Shown: positions 1 to 11,253, numbered from the stretch's first letter. The stretch is 32,000 nt of DNA from Bacillus subtilis subsp. subtilis str. 168 (GCF_000009045.1 NC_000964.3:3480001-3512000), one strand, 5' to 3'. The notes: generated from the sequence alone by a model not told the origin. Made by a program: numbers and translations.

Positions 1-166
1 CTTTCACAGCAGAAGCAAGCTTTTCTAAGAAAAGCGCTGGCGCGCAAACAACAGCTTCAGCTTTGTCTGCTGCTGGAATGGAAGATTTCACTTCTTCAAC
101 GAAGCTGACAGCTTCGCCGAGTGTTTTGTTCATTTTCCAGTTACCGGCGATAATTGGTTTTCTCAT
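1..166 (-). CDS. tpiA: Triose-phosphate isomerase, N-terminal ~55 codons (gene continues past window start)
   Basis: The reverse complement of 1-166 translates to [55 protein letters not shown], with ATG at 166-164. An SD (AAGGAAGTGG) lies just upstream, 30 nt after the pgk stop. Confidence 0.95.
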   Translation of the reverse strand, partial: MRKPIIAGNWKMNKTLGEAVSFVEEVKSSIPAADKAEAVVCAPALFLEKLASAVK

Positions 167-196
167 CTGTTCCACTTCCTTATAGCAGTTTTGAGA

Positions 197-1381
197 TTAT
201 TTATCGTTCAGTGCAGCTACCCCTGGAAGCTCTTTGCCTTCCATAAACTCAAGGGATGCGCCGCCGCCTGTTGAGATGTGGCTCATTTTGTCAGCAAGGC
301 CGAATTTTTCAACCGCTGCCGCAGAGTCTCCTCCGCCGATGACAGAGTATGTATCTTTCGCCTCTGCCAATGCTTCCGCAACCGCTTTTGTTCCTTGAGC
401 GAACAAGTCGATTTCGAATACGCCCATTGGTCCGTTCCACACGACAAGTTTGCTGTTTTTGATGACGTCAGCATACGTTTCGCGTGTTTTCGTACCAATG
501 TCGATTGCTTCTAAATCACTAGGGATTTCAGAGATCGGCACAATTTTCACGTTTGCATCGTTAGAGAAATCATCTGCAACGAGTACATCTTCAGGCATGT
601 AGAAGTTAACGCCTTTTTCTTTAGCGCGGTCCATAAATGATTTCGCAAGCTCGATTTTATCCTCTTCAAGAAGAGATTTCCCGACTTCATAGCCAAGCGC
701 TTTTACGAAAGTATAAGCAAGACCTCCGCCGATGATCAGGTTGTCTACTTTATCAAGAAGACTTTCGATTACACCGATTTTGTCTTTTACTTTCGCTCCG
801 CCGATGATCGCTGTGAACGGGCGGTCAGGATTGGAAACCGCTTTTCCAAGTACATCAAGCTCTTTTTCCATTAAGAAACCTGCAACTGCTGGCAGATGCT
901 CGGCAATTCCAGCTGTAGATGCGTGAGCACGGTGGGCAGCACCGAATGCGTCATTTACATATACATCTGCAAGCTCAGCAAATGCTTTTGCAAGCTCAGG
1001 ATCATTTTTCTCTTCACCAGGATAGAAACGTACGTTTTCCAATACAAGAACGTCTCCGTCCTTCATCTCAGAAATTTGTGCTTTTACAGCATCGCCGTAT
1101 GCTTCATCCGCTTTTTTCACTTCTTTGCCAAGCAGTTCGCCGAGACGTGCAGCGACAGGAGTTAAACGAAGCTCCTCAACCACTTCGCCTTTCGGGCGGC
1201 CTAAGTGGCTCGCAAGAAGGACTTTTGCGCCTTGGTCTGCAAGGTGTTTGATTGTTGGAAGCGCAGCACGGATACGTGTATCGTCTGTTACTTCCCCGTC
1301 TTTCATTGGAACGTTAAAGTCAACGCGGCAGAATACAACTTTGCCTTTTACGTCGATGTCTTTGAGAGTTTTTTTATTCAT
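197..1381 (-). CDS. pgk: Phosphoglycerate kinase (394 aa)
   Basis: The ORF-track frame 197..1540 is trimmed to the internal ATG at 1381 ([14 protein letters not shown]...), which is preceded by AAGGAGGA at the proper spacing. The upstream 53 codons overlap GC-rich spacer and have no SD. Confidence 0.97.
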   Translation of the reverse strand: MNKKTLKDIDVKGKVVFCRVDFNVPMKDGEVTDDTRIRAALPTIKHLADQGAKVLLASHLGRPKGEVVEELRLTPVAARLGELLGKEVKKADEAYGDAVKAQISEMKDGDVLVLENVRFYPGEEKNDPELAKAFAELADVYVNDAFGAAHRAHASTAGIAEHLPAVAGFLMEKELDVLGKAVSNPDRPFTAIIGGAKVKDKIGVIESLLDKVDNLIIGGGLAYTFVKALGYEVGKSLLEEDKIELAKSFMDRAKEKGVNFYMPEDVLVADDFSNDANVKIVPISEIPSDLEAIDIGTKTRETYADVIKNSKLVVWNGPMGVFEIDLFAQGTKAVAEALAEAKDTYSVIGGGDSAAAVEKFGLADKMSHISTGGGASLEFMEGKELPGVAALNDK

Positions 1382-1600
1382 GCCTAGGAGATCCTCCTTC
1401 AAAATGGTTTGCATACAGCACGAAAAACGTGAAACCGTCTGTTCAAGCGATAACTCCGCTAGGGCAGATCGCAGTCTTTTTCGGCACAGGGCAGTTCGTC
1501 TAAAAGCCAGGGCAGCGGCCTTAGGCGAAAGCGCCGGCAAAGCTGCTTAAAACGCGGTCGTTTCTCTATCACAGAGCGTTTTCTGAAAGCCGGTCTTCAT

Positions 1601-1636
1601 GGAAAAAGGGAAAGGGAGTCCGTCCCCTTCCCTTGT
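1601..1636 (-). terminator. Intrinsic-terminator-like hairpin downstream of gapA
   Basis: The - strand reads AAGGGAAGGGGA-CGGAC-UCCCUUUCCCUU followed by UUUUCC. This is a 12-bp GC-rich stem with one G.U pair, then a U tract, about 60 nt after the gapA stop. Confidence 0.7.
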
Positions 1637-1644
1637 CCGCTTTC

Positions 1645-1673
1645 ATTATAGCGCTTCTATTCGAAAGAACCAA
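1645..1673 (-). promoter_or_regulatory. Candidate sigmaA promoter in the gapA-pgk spacer (TTGGTT-17 nt-TATAAT)
   Basis: On the - strand, -35 TTGGTT is at 1673-1668 and -10 TATAAT at 1650-1645, with a 17-nt spacer. An internal constitutive promoter for pgk-tpiA-pgm-eno is described in the literature, but I cannot confirm that this element is it. Confidence 0.4.
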
Positions 1674-1697
1674 GTCAGGTCCTTTTTCAGCTATAAA

Positions 1698-2738
<1,041 letters not shown>

Positions 2739-2751
2739 TTATATTGAGGGA

Positions 2752-3774
2752 TTATTCATCCCTTAATAACTTCTTTGCGGCTCCTTCGTCTGTGACGAGA
2801 ACCGTGTTGCGTGGCTTTTTAAAGTAAGCCTCGATCGCTTCGGCTTTTGATGATCCGCCCGCTACCGCAATAATATCGGGGATGGCGTCTATGTCATCCA
2901 GCTGCATTCCGACAGAATGCACTTTGTGAACCACTTCGCCGTCCGCGTTAAAATAGTAGCCGAACGCTTCCGTCACCGCGTCGTTATCATCTATTTTCTT
3001 TAAATCTTCTAAAGGCGTGTTTCTGCGCTGAGCCATAGTTTTAGCTTCGCCGATTCCGTGAACCAGCATACTCGCTGATTTAATGGTGTTCAGCACCTCT
3101 TTGACAGAAGGCTCTTCAATAATAGATGAATAGGCGCCTTGTGACAGCTGTCCCGGAACAAACAAAAGCCGGTAAGTGCCTGAAGCCTTCTCCGCCATAT
3201 GCGCGCATATGGTGTTCGCCTGGTTTTTCACGTCTTCGCCTAAACCGCCTCTTGCAGGCACAAACAAAAGCTCGCGGTTTTTAGAATCCGGCGTCATCAT
3301 TTCGGCGACAGCTTCAATTGTCGTACCGCCAGTTACAGCGACGATATTTTTGCCTGAAAATCTTTTTTTCATACATGCGACAGCCGCTCTTCCCATTTCT
3401 TTTTTGACCCATGGGGATTGATCGCTGTCTCCGGATACGATAATGGCATCCTTTAGATTTAAACGTTCTTTTAATGTCTTTTCCAAAAGAGTCAAACCTA
3501 AAACATCTTTCATCGTATCTTCCAAAACAGAAAGCAGTTCATAGCCCTCTTCTGTCAATGTCATGCCGTTTGTCTTAATATCGACCAGGTTCTGTTCCTT
3601 TAAAAACTGAACCTCGCCCCTCAGCACACGCTCGCTGATTCCGAGACTGGCAGACAGGCTTCTTCGCCCGATGGGTTCTGTCAGCCTGATATACTGCAAG
3701 ATTTCAAACCTCTTTTGCATAACGAGCAGAAGATCAGGCAATAATTTTTTTTGAGCTTGTATTAACTGGTTCAT
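2752..3774 (-). CDS. cggR: Central glycolytic genes repressor CggR (SorC/DeoR family, 340 aa)
   Basis: It has an N-terminal wHTH plus a sugar-phosphate-binding SorC domain. It is the first gene of the gapA operon, and its own operator lies directly upstream. Confidence 0.96.
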   Translation of the reverse strand: MNQLIQAQKKLLPDLLLVMQKRFEILQYIRLTEPIGRRSLSASLGISERVLRGEVQFLKEQNLVDIKTNGMTLTEEGYELLSVLEDTMKDVLGLTLLEKTLKERLNLKDAIIVSGDSDQSPWVKKEMGRAAVACMKKRFSGKNIVAVTGGTTIEAVAEMMTPDSKNRELLFVPARGGLGEDVKNQANTICAHMAEKASGTYRLLFVPGQLSQGAYSSIIEEPSVKEVLNTIKSASMLVHGIGEAKTMAQRRNTPLEDLKKIDDNDAVTEAFGYYFNADGEVVHKVHSVGMQLDDIDAIPDIIAVAGGSSKAEAIEAYFKKPRNTVLVTDEGAAKKLLRDE

Positions 3775-3802
3775 GACTCAAACGTTCCTTCCTTTTTTGC
3801 TG

Positions 3803-3838
3803 GACATTATATGTCCCGCTATGACAAAAAACGTCCCG
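3803..3838 (-). promoter_or_regulatory. CggR operator (tandem CGGGAC-N6-TGTC repeats)
   Basis: The - strand reads CGGGACGTTTTTTGTC-ATAG-CGGGACATATAATGTC. This matches the published direct-repeat CggR operator architecture and sits between the promoter and the cggR start. Confidence 0.9.
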
Positions 3839-3875
3839 TCATAGCCAAAAAAAATCATTTCTGCTTTCTTTAATT

Positions 3876-3904
3876 ATTTTAACAGGGTGGAATTGTTTAT
3901 TCAA
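3876..3904 (-). promoter_or_regulatory. cggR/gapA operon sigmaA promoter (TTGAAT-17-TAAAAT)
   Basis: On the - strand, -35 TTGAAT is at 3904-3899 and -10 TAAAAT at 3881-3876, with a 17-nt spacer. It lies immediately upstream of the CggR operator. Confidence 0.7.
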
Positions 3905-4028
3905 CTGTTAAGAGCCAATTCATCGACAATATTCGCAGAGTTTTCATGCCGCGTCGTTTTATCCAGCAATATTTTATCCTATATATCTTTATCTTATACA
4001 GAAAGCGCCAAATGGTGCATCCCAATAT

Positions 4029-4058
4029 AAACAGCCCTTCCCGTAGAAAGGGCTGTTT
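4029..4058 (-). terminator. araE intrinsic terminator
   Basis: The - strand reads AAACAGCCCTT-TCTACGG-GAAGGGCTGTTT followed by ATATTGGG. This is an 11-bp stem about 15 nt after the araE stop. Confidence 0.75.
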
Positions 4059-4071
4059 CATTAAAGCGTTT

Positions 4072-5466
4072 TCATTTTATCCAAAGCTTTTCAATTTCCT
4101 CGAGCGATTTGTTCTTCGTTTCTGGACAGATCGTAACGACAAACAGGAAACAAAGGATGTTAATCACCGCAAAGATCCAAAATGTATAGGCGAGCCCGAA
4201 AGAATCGATCATCATTGGCACAAACTGTCCGATCGCCCAGTTTGCTCCCCATAAAAAGATGGTCGCAATGCCCGCGGCCCGCGCACGCAGATGGTTCGGG
4301 AAGATTTCAGAAATCATAATCCATGTGATCGGTCCGACCGAGACACAGAAAGCAGCGACAAAACCTAATATAAGGACGATCATCATGATCCCGCTTGTTA
4401 ACTCAAAATAAAACGACGTCCCGATTAAAATCATAAAAATAGCCATAAAAGCAGAACCGATGGACATCAGTTTTTTTCGTCCGACTTTATCAATCAGCAA
4501 CACCGCAATAACGGTAAAAATAACTTCTACAACCCCGACGATACAAGTCGTCACAAATCCGGCGTTTTGCCCGAATCCCATCATTTTAAAGATTTCCGGC
4601 CCGTAGTAAGTAATCGCGTTCATGCCGATGACTTGGTTAAACAGCGCCAGCAGGATTCCAATGACAAGCGCCTTTCTGAGACCCGGCTTAAACAGCTGGG
4701 AGAGCGACCCCATTTGTTCTATTTTTAAAGAGTTCTCAATGTTCTTTAATTCTTCTTTTGCAACAGTTTCTCCATTAATACGTGTCAGGATCTTTAAAGC
4801 TTCATTTGTTTTGCCCGCTTTCGCCAGCCATCTCGGACTTTCCGGGACGACGAGCAGGACAAGGAAAAAAATGACGGATGGCACCATTCCATAAGCAAGC
4901 ATCCATCTCCAGCCGGTGTGCACGCCCCATTCGTATGTTCCGGACCGCTGCACAGCTAGATTAATAAAGTATGTTGCGGAAATACCCAGTATCGTAAAGA
5001 GCTGATATAACGAAGATAAACTTCCGCGTATAGCGGGCGGTGCCGCTTCTGTAATATACGTAACAGAGAGCGATGAGCCCATCCCGATTCCCAGCCCCCC
5101 GATAATCCTTGCAATGATTAAGGTGGACACGTCTTGAGAAAGCGCTGAAACGATTGCTGATATCGCAAATAACAAAGCGGCTGTCATTAAAATTTTTCTC
5201 CGGCCGAATCTGTCACTTAAAAATCCGGATATCCCGACGCCCACAACTCCTCCAATCATAATGCTTGAAATGACAAGTCCCTCCATAAACGGACTCAGGC
5301 TGTATAAATCTTTCAGAAAACCGATGGCGCCAGAAATCACTGCCGTGTCATAGCCATACAATAAGCCGCCAAGCCCCGCCGCACATGAGATCAAAATGAC
5401 AAATCCCATTGAATGGCTTCTTGTTACAGGAACATTTGGTTCTAATTGAGTTGGAGTATTCTTCAT
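4072..5466 (-). CDS. araE: Arabinose/xylose/galactose:H+ symporter (MFS sugar porter, 464 aa)
   Basis: It has 12 predicted TM segments and the sugar-porter signatures GRRK and PESPRWL. It is transcribed divergently from araR, and AraR boxes lie in the shared control region. Confidence 0.95.
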   Translation of the reverse strand: MKNTPTQLEPNVPVTRSHSMGFVILISCAAGLGGLLYGYDTAVISGAIGFLKDLYSLSPFMEGLVISSIMIGGVVGVGISGFLSDRFGRRKILMTAALLFAISAIVSALSQDVSTLIIARIIGGLGIGMGSSLSVTYITEAAPPAIRGSLSSLYQLFTILGISATYFINLAVQRSGTYEWGVHTGWRWMLAYGMVPSVIFFLVLLVVPESPRWLAKAGKTNEALKILTRINGETVAKEELKNIENSLKIEQMGSLSQLFKPGLRKALVIGILLALFNQVIGMNAITYYGPEIFKMMGFGQNAGFVTTCIVGVVEVIFTVIAVLLIDKVGRKKLMSIGSAFMAIFMILIGTSFYFELTSGIMMIVLILGFVAAFCVSVGPITWIMISEIFPNHLRARAAGIATIFLWGANWAIGQFVPMMIDSFGLAYTFWIFAVINILCFLFVVTICPETKNKSLEEIEKLWIK

Positions 5467-5489
5467 TTCCCTGCCCTCCCGAATGTTGA

Positions 5490-5503
5490 GTAAAGCGTTT
5501 TCA
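5490..5503 (-). promoter_or_regulatory. cre-like box in araE leader
   Basis: The - strand reads TGAAAACGCTTTAC, a 12/14 match to the consensus TGWAANCGNTNWCA, and lies about 25 nt upstream of the araE ATG. Carbon catabolite repression (CCR) of araE via CcpA is published. Confidence 0.55.
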
Positions 5504-5514
5504 TTTAAACCTTC

Positions 5515-5530
5515 AATTGTACGTACTTAT
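5515..5530. promoter_or_regulatory. AraR operator box (araE-proximal)
   Basis: AATTGTACGTACTTAT contains the palindromic GTACGTAC core typical of AraR boxes. Confidence 0.8.
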
Positions 5531-5557
5531 ATTAAAATTTAACGAAAATTACATTTA

Positions 5558-5573
5558 ATTAGTACGTACAAAT
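5558..5573. promoter_or_regulatory. AraR operator box (second araE box)
   Basis: The reverse complement ATTTGTACGTACTAAT is near-identical to the box at 5515-5530. The centre-to-centre distance is 43 nt (about 4 helical turns), consistent with cooperative looping. Confidence 0.8.
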
Positions 5574-5582
5574 ATAGAATAA

Positions 5583-6756
<1,174 letters not shown>

Positions 6757-6758
<2 letters not shown>

Positions 6759-6799
6759 AAAAAGCAATGTATGGGTCTCCCCGCTACATTGCTTTTTTT
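6757..6799. terminator. Bidirectional terminator shared by araR and yvbT
   Basis: The stem AGCAATGTA-N13-TACATTGCT is flanked by an A run on the left and a T run on the right, between two convergent genes. Confidence 0.8.
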
Positions 6800-6806
6800 A
6801 TAGCTG

Positions 6807-7817
6807 TTATCTGTTTTTCCAAACGTCAGCGATGATTTCAAACGAACGCATTCTGTCTGCGTGTTCAAAGGTTTCTGAGTTAACCATAATTTCGTCAGCC
6901 TGTGTCGTTTTGACGAAATCTTCAAGCTTCGCCTTCACTTCTTCCGGACCTCCGACAATCGTGGAGCTCAGCTGCTCATTGACCATCGCTTTTTCATACG
7001 GGCTCCAGATTTGGTCCATATCCTCAACAGGCGGTTTAAGCTGGTTAGGCGTACCGCGGACAAGATCAAGAAACCTTTGATAATGGGAAGTCGCAAGGTG
7101 CTGCGCTTTCTCGTTTGTATCTGCCGCGATAATGGTGACACCGACCATCGCATACGGTTCGTCGAGCACGTCTGACGGCGTGAAGGAATTGCGGTACAGC
7201 TCCAAAGCGGGAACCGTATTCGCCGGTGAGAAATGGGCCGCGAACGCAAACGGAAGACCAAGTTCGCCAGCCAGACGGGCGCTGAAGCCGCTTGAGCCCA
7301 GCAGCCAAATCGGCACATCTATGCCCTCTCCGGGAATGGCGCGAACTTGATTGCGCACATTTCCTGACGGTTTAAAATAATTGCGCAGTTCCTCTAATTG
7401 TTCTGGAAAATCCTCCCCGCTGTTGATGTTTCTGCGGAGCGCTCTGGCTGTCAATTGGTCTGTTCCCGGCGCACGTCCAAGCCCCAGATCAATCCGCCCG
7501 GGATACAGTGTTTCCAGTGTGCCGAATTGTTCAGCAATGACTAATGAAGAGTGGTTGGGGAGCATAATGCCGCCGGAACCGACGCGGATTTTCTTCGTGC
7601 CTCCGGCAATATGGCCAATCAAAACTGCGGTGGCAGAGCTTGCAACACCTTCTATATTATGATGTTCAGCAAGCCAGTAACGGTGATAGCCCCATTCCTC
7701 TGCCCGGCGCGCCAAGTCCATGCTGTTTCGGAATGATTCTGCAATCGTTCCTCCCTGAACAACCGGAGATAAATTCAAGACAGAAAGCAAGGTATCTTTG
7801 CGTTGGTTGTTAGACAT
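6807..7817 (-). CDS. yvbT: Luciferase-like (LLM class) flavin-dependent monooxygenase/oxidoreductase (336 aa)
   Basis: The N-terminus [14 protein letters not shown]...[13 protein letters not shown] is typical of the YhbW/MsnO8-like LLM family. The substrate is unknown. Confidence 0.85.
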   Translation of the reverse strand: MSNNQRKDTLLSVLNLSPVVQGGTIAESFRNSMDLARRAEEWGYHRYWLAEHHNIEGVASSATAVLIGHIAGGTKKIRVGSGGIMLPNHSSLVIAEQFGTLETLYPGRIDLGLGRAPGTDQLTARALRRNINSGEDFPEQLEELRNYFKPSGNVRNQVRAIPGEGIDVPIWLLGSSGFSARLAGELGLPFAFAAHFSPANTVPALELYRNSFTPSDVLDEPYAMVGVTIIAADTNEKAQHLATSHYQRFLDLVRGTPNQLKPPVEDMDQIWSPYEKAMVNEQLSSTIVGGPEEVKAKLEDFVKTTQADEIMVNSETFEHADRMRSFEIIADVWKNR

Positions 7818-7973
7818 ATTGTTCTCCTTTGCAAATGTGTTATCAGTAAACAGCCCAAAGCTGTCAGGTCATGATTGAAAGAACTTCTATCACACCATAA
7901 CACAACTGCATTCAGGAATAAAAGAATTTGATTCGATGAAATTCGAACAATATAAAACGAACGGTTTGGAACA

Positions 7974-8852
7974 TTATTCTGCTCCAAACAACTCCTTAGC
8001 CATCTCAATAAAGAGCTTAGCCGCCAGAGAAGCCTCCTTTAGCGACGGAACAGCAAGCTGCACATCACGGTATACCTGCGGGTCCAATTCCCTGGTCACC
8101 ACATGCTCTGGCAGCGGCATCCCCGACATGGACATTTCTGATAAAATGGCCAGGCCCAGGCCTTCTCTGATCATACTGATCGAGGTGTTGATGTTATAGA
8201 CCGTGAAAGCTGGGTGCAGCGTAGCACCCGCCTGCCTGAACATATCGATAAATGGTGATTCATAGCCGCCGTCACAGACGATCATCGGTTCATGGTCAAG
8301 ATCTTTCAGCGTAATGGCTGAATGACTGGCAAGCGGGTGATCGTCCCTGAGCACGACAGCCATTTTGTCTTTTTTCAAATGAATGTACTCCATCTCCTCT
8401 GTTGGATACAGAAGAATCCCAACATCTATCATCCGCGTATGAAGCCACTCCTTGACTTCATTTACAGTTCCCTCGTGCAGCACGAGCTCAAGTTTCGGAT
8501 ATTTTTGTTTAAATTCACTGATCAGCTTCGGCATAAAATAAGCCGAGGCAGTTGAGAATGTGCCGATATGGATCGTTCCCAGTTCAAGCCCTTTTTCCGC
8601 TGCTGCTACCTGCTCAACTTTTTCAATGCCTTTTAAGACTTCTCTGATGTGTACTAAGATCTGTTTTCCCGTATCCGTCAGCATCAGGCCATTGCGGCGG
8701 TCACGAATGATCAGCTTTACATCAAGCTCAGCTTCGATCGCAGAAATCGCATGGCTGACAGCCGGCTGTGTCATGTTCAGCGCCTGACCCGCTTTTGTAA
8801 AGCTTCCCGTTTCAGCTATTTTCACAAAAACCTTTAATTGAGTAATGGTCAT
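7974..8852 (-). CDS. yvbU: LysR-type transcriptional regulator (292 aa)
   Basis: It has the N-terminal HTH FTKAGQALNMTQPAVSHAISAIE plus an LTTR substrate-binding domain. It is divergent from yvbV. Confidence 0.9.
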   Translation of the reverse strand: MTITQLKVFVKIAETGSFTKAGQALNMTQPAVSHAISAIEAELDVKLIIRDRRNGLMLTDTGKQILVHIREVLKGIEKVEQVAAAEKGLELGTIHIGTFSTASAYFMPKLISEFKQKYPKLELVLHEGTVNEVKEWLHTRMIDVGILLYPTEEMEYIHLKKDKMAVVLRDDHPLASHSAITLKDLDHEPMIVCDGGYESPFIDMFRQAGATLHPAFTVYNINTSISMIREGLGLAILSEMSMSGMPLPEHVVTRELDPQVYRDVQLAVPSLKEASLAAKLFIEMAKELFGAE

Positions 8853-8951
8853 AACAATTTACTTATGCTCCTTATAAAAAAGATTCATTTTATTTATCTT
8901 ATGTTCTACCGTATCATATGATGGAAAAGTTCTACAAGGAGTGAATGAACA

Positions 8952-9869
8952 ATGAAGCAGCTCCCAAAAACGCGGACAGCTCTCCTGCTCGCATTTCTCG
9001 TCATCATGTGGGGCGTCAATTGGCCGCTGTCCAAAGCCGCGCTCGCCTATTCTCCGCCATTATTGTTCGCGGGCATCCGAACGCTGATCGGCGGGCTTTT
9101 ATTAGTCATAGTCGCACTGCCGCGTATTCATAAATTACGCTTAAAAGAAACGTGGCCGATTTATCTTGTTTCTGCTCTTTTAAATATTACATTATTCTAC
9201 GGCCTGCAAACGATCGGGCTGAATTATCTTCCGGCCGGCCTGTTTTCTGCAATCGTCTTCTTCCAGCCTGTTCTGATGGGTGTATTTTCTTGGCTGTGGC
9301 TCGGCGAATCCATGTTTGTAATGAAAGTGATTGGCCTCATCCTCGGTTTTGCGGGAGTAGCCGTCATTAGTGCTGCGGGCTTTGGCGGGCATATTTCTGT
9401 CATTGGGGTTCTGCTGGCTCTCGGCTCCGCAGTCAGCTGGGCGCTCGGGACAGTATATATGAAAAAAACAGGCAGCCGCGTCGATTCCATCTGGATGGTC
9501 GCTCTGCAGCTGACGATCGGAAGCGTGTTTCTGCTTATCTCCGGCTTTTGGACAGAAAGCTTTTCGGCGATCCAATGGACAGCTCCGTTTATTACGAGCC
9601 TGCTGTTCATCTCCGTATTCGTTATCGCACTCGGCTGGCTTGTCTTTTTTACGCTTGTCGGTTCAGGAGAAGCAAGCAAGGTCGCATCTTATACTTTTTT
9701 GATTCCGCTCATATCAATCGTGGCCAGCTCCATTTTCCTGCATGAACCGCTCACCCTTAGCCTCTTGGCAGGGCTGCTGCTGATTGTCACGAGCATCTGT
9801 CTCGTGAATACAAAATCAAAAGCGCAGAAAGCTGCGGCGATTGGTATAAACGAGAAAGCTGCACAATAA
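8952..9869 (+). CDS. yvbV: EamA/DMT-family transporter (10 TM, 305 aa)
   Basis: It has two EamA repeats and is highly hydrophobic. AAGGAG lies 10 nt upstream of the ATG. Confidence 0.85.
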   Translation: MKQLPKTRTALLLAFLVIMWGVNWPLSKAALAYSPPLLFAGIRTLIGGLLLVIVALPRIHKLRLKETWPIYLVSALLNITLFYGLQTIGLNYLPAGLFSAIVFFQPVLMGVFSWLWLGESMFVMKVIGLILGFAGVAVISAAGFGGHISVIGVLLALGSAVSWALGTVYMKKTGSRVDSIWMVALQLTIGSVFLLISGFWTESFSAIQWTAPFITSLLFISVFVIALGWLVFFTLVGSGEASKVASYTFLIPLISIVASSIFLHEPLTLSLLAGLLLIVTSICLVNTKSKAQKAAAIGINEKAAQ

Positions 9870-9870
9870 T

Positions 9871-9906
9871 AAAAACCCTCTTGCCGGATGCGGCAAGAGG
9901 GTTTCT
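9871..9906. terminator. Bidirectional terminator shared by yvbV and yvbW
   Basis: AAAACCCTCTTGCCG-GAT-GCGGCAAGAGGGTTTCTTATTT forms a 13-bp perfect stem between convergent genes. Confidence 0.85.
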
Positions 9907-9909
9907 TAT

Positions 9910-11253
9910 TTACTGATGCTTGCGTCCTTTGACCAAATATGCAACTGTAATCAAAAGGTAGATCGCCGCAGTAATGCCGGTAATGACAATTGATGTTGTC
10001 ATGATGACCCCGATCAGAATGGCGAGTAATGCCACAATCGCAAACCATGTCGTGTACGGGAACCATTTTACATAATAGGCCGGTGTTTCCGTTTGCTGTT
10101 TTCTCGATTTTAAATGAGCGAATCCGATGATCAGCCAAATGAATAAAACGGTATATCCCAATGATCCCATTAAATAATTAAATGTTTGGCTTCCTGCGAA
10201 CAGAGAAATCAATACGCCAATATAGAGAGAAGAAGTGCACATCAGAATCGCAAACATCGGTACGTTTTTCGATGAAAGCTTCGAGAAGACCTTTGGAAGC
10301 CTTCCGTCACTTGCCTGTGTATACAAAATGCGTGATGATCCGTATAAACCTGAATTCATAGAAGAAATGATCGCCAGCAGGATGACTGCATTCATGATAT
10401 GATCCGCGCCCGGAATGCCTACCATTTTAAAGACCATCACGAAAGGACTTTCCGGAACGGAATTGACTTGGTTCCATGGAATCAGGCTGACGATGATGAA
10501 AAACGGCAGCAGGTAAAACGCGACAATCCGTGTCAGTGTGCTGCGGACAGCTTTCGGGACAACCTTTTCCGGATTTTTTGTCTCTGCAAGCGTTACACCG
10601 ATAATTTCTGTACCGCCGTAAGAGTAGATGACGACAAGCATCGCCGTGATCAGCCCTGTGCCGCCGTGCGGGAAAAATCCGCCGTGGTCTGTCAGGTTGG
10701 AAAATCCGGATGCTGTATGATCACCGAATGATACAAATAAGAGCAGCAATCCCAGAATAATAAAGATAATAATAACGGTAATCTTGATCATTGCCAGCCA
10801 ATATTCAGTTTCGGCGAAGATTTTAACAGAAAGCAAGTTTACAATCGTGACGATAAGAGAAATTCCTAATGCCAACACCCAGATCGGGCAGCCCGGCAGC
10901 CAATATTGAATGAAAATCGCAGCTACAACAGCTTCAGCCGCAATGTTAAGCACCCACATTTTCCAGTAGATCCAGTCCAAAAAGTAAGCAGCGTAATTTC
11001 CCAATACCTGCTGGACAAGATCACGGAAGGTTCTGGCGTTACGGTTTCGAACAGCCATTTCCGCCAGCCCCTGCATAATAAACAGCAAAATAATCCCGCC
11101 GAGCAGGTATGCGATAATGACAGATGGCCCTGCCACATCGATCGCTGAGCTGCTCCCCTTAAATAAACCTGCGCCGATTGCTCCGCCCAGCGCCATCATC
11201 ATAATATGGCGGGACGTCATCGTGCGTTTTAACGTTTGATTGTCGTTTTTCAT
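9910..11253 (-). CDS. yvbW: APC-family amino-acid permease (447 aa)
   Basis: It has 12 TM segments and an amino-acid permease N-terminus (TMTSRHIMMMALGGAIGAGLF). It is preceded by a T-box leader. Confidence 0.9.
   Translation of the reverse strand: MKNDNQTLKRTMTSRHIMMMALGGAIGAGLFKGSSSAIDVAGPSVIIAYLLGGIILLFIMQGLAEMAVRNRNARTFRDLVQQVLGNYAAYFLDWIYWKMWVLNIAAEAVVAAIFIQYWLPGCPIWVLALGISLIVTIVNLLSVKIFAETEYWLAMIKITVIIIFIILGLLLLFVSFGDHTASGFSNLTDHGGFFPHGGTGLITAMLVVIYSYGGTEIIGVTLAETKNPEKVVPKAVRSTLTRIVAFYLLPFFIIVSLIPWNQVNSVPESPFVMVFKMVGIPGADHIMNAVILLAIISSMNSGLYGSSRILYTQASDGRLPKVFSKLSSKNVPMFAILMCTSSLYIGVLISLFAGSQTFNYLMGSLGYTVLFIWLIIGFAHLKSRKQQTETPAYYVKWFPYTTWFAIVALLAILIGVIMTTSIVITGITAAIYLLITVAYLVKGRKHQ

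Noticed and set aside
1382-1540. 53-codon N-terminal extension of pgk in the ORF track (447-aa call)
   Set aside because: The extension has no SD, is Arg/Ala/Cys-rich and non-protein-like, and overlaps the structured spacer. A strong AAGGAGGA precedes the internal ATG 1381, which gives the canonical 394-aa Pgk.
3946-4254. 102-aa + strand ORF between cggR and araE
   Set aside because: It crosses the araE terminator and then runs antisense to the araE 3' end. It has no SD and an odd composition.
9192-10138. Several 127-151-aa antisense or out-of-frame ORFs over yvbV and yvbW
   Set aside because: They are shadow ORFs opposite hydrophobic membrane-protein genes, Arg/Cys/His-rich, with no SD.
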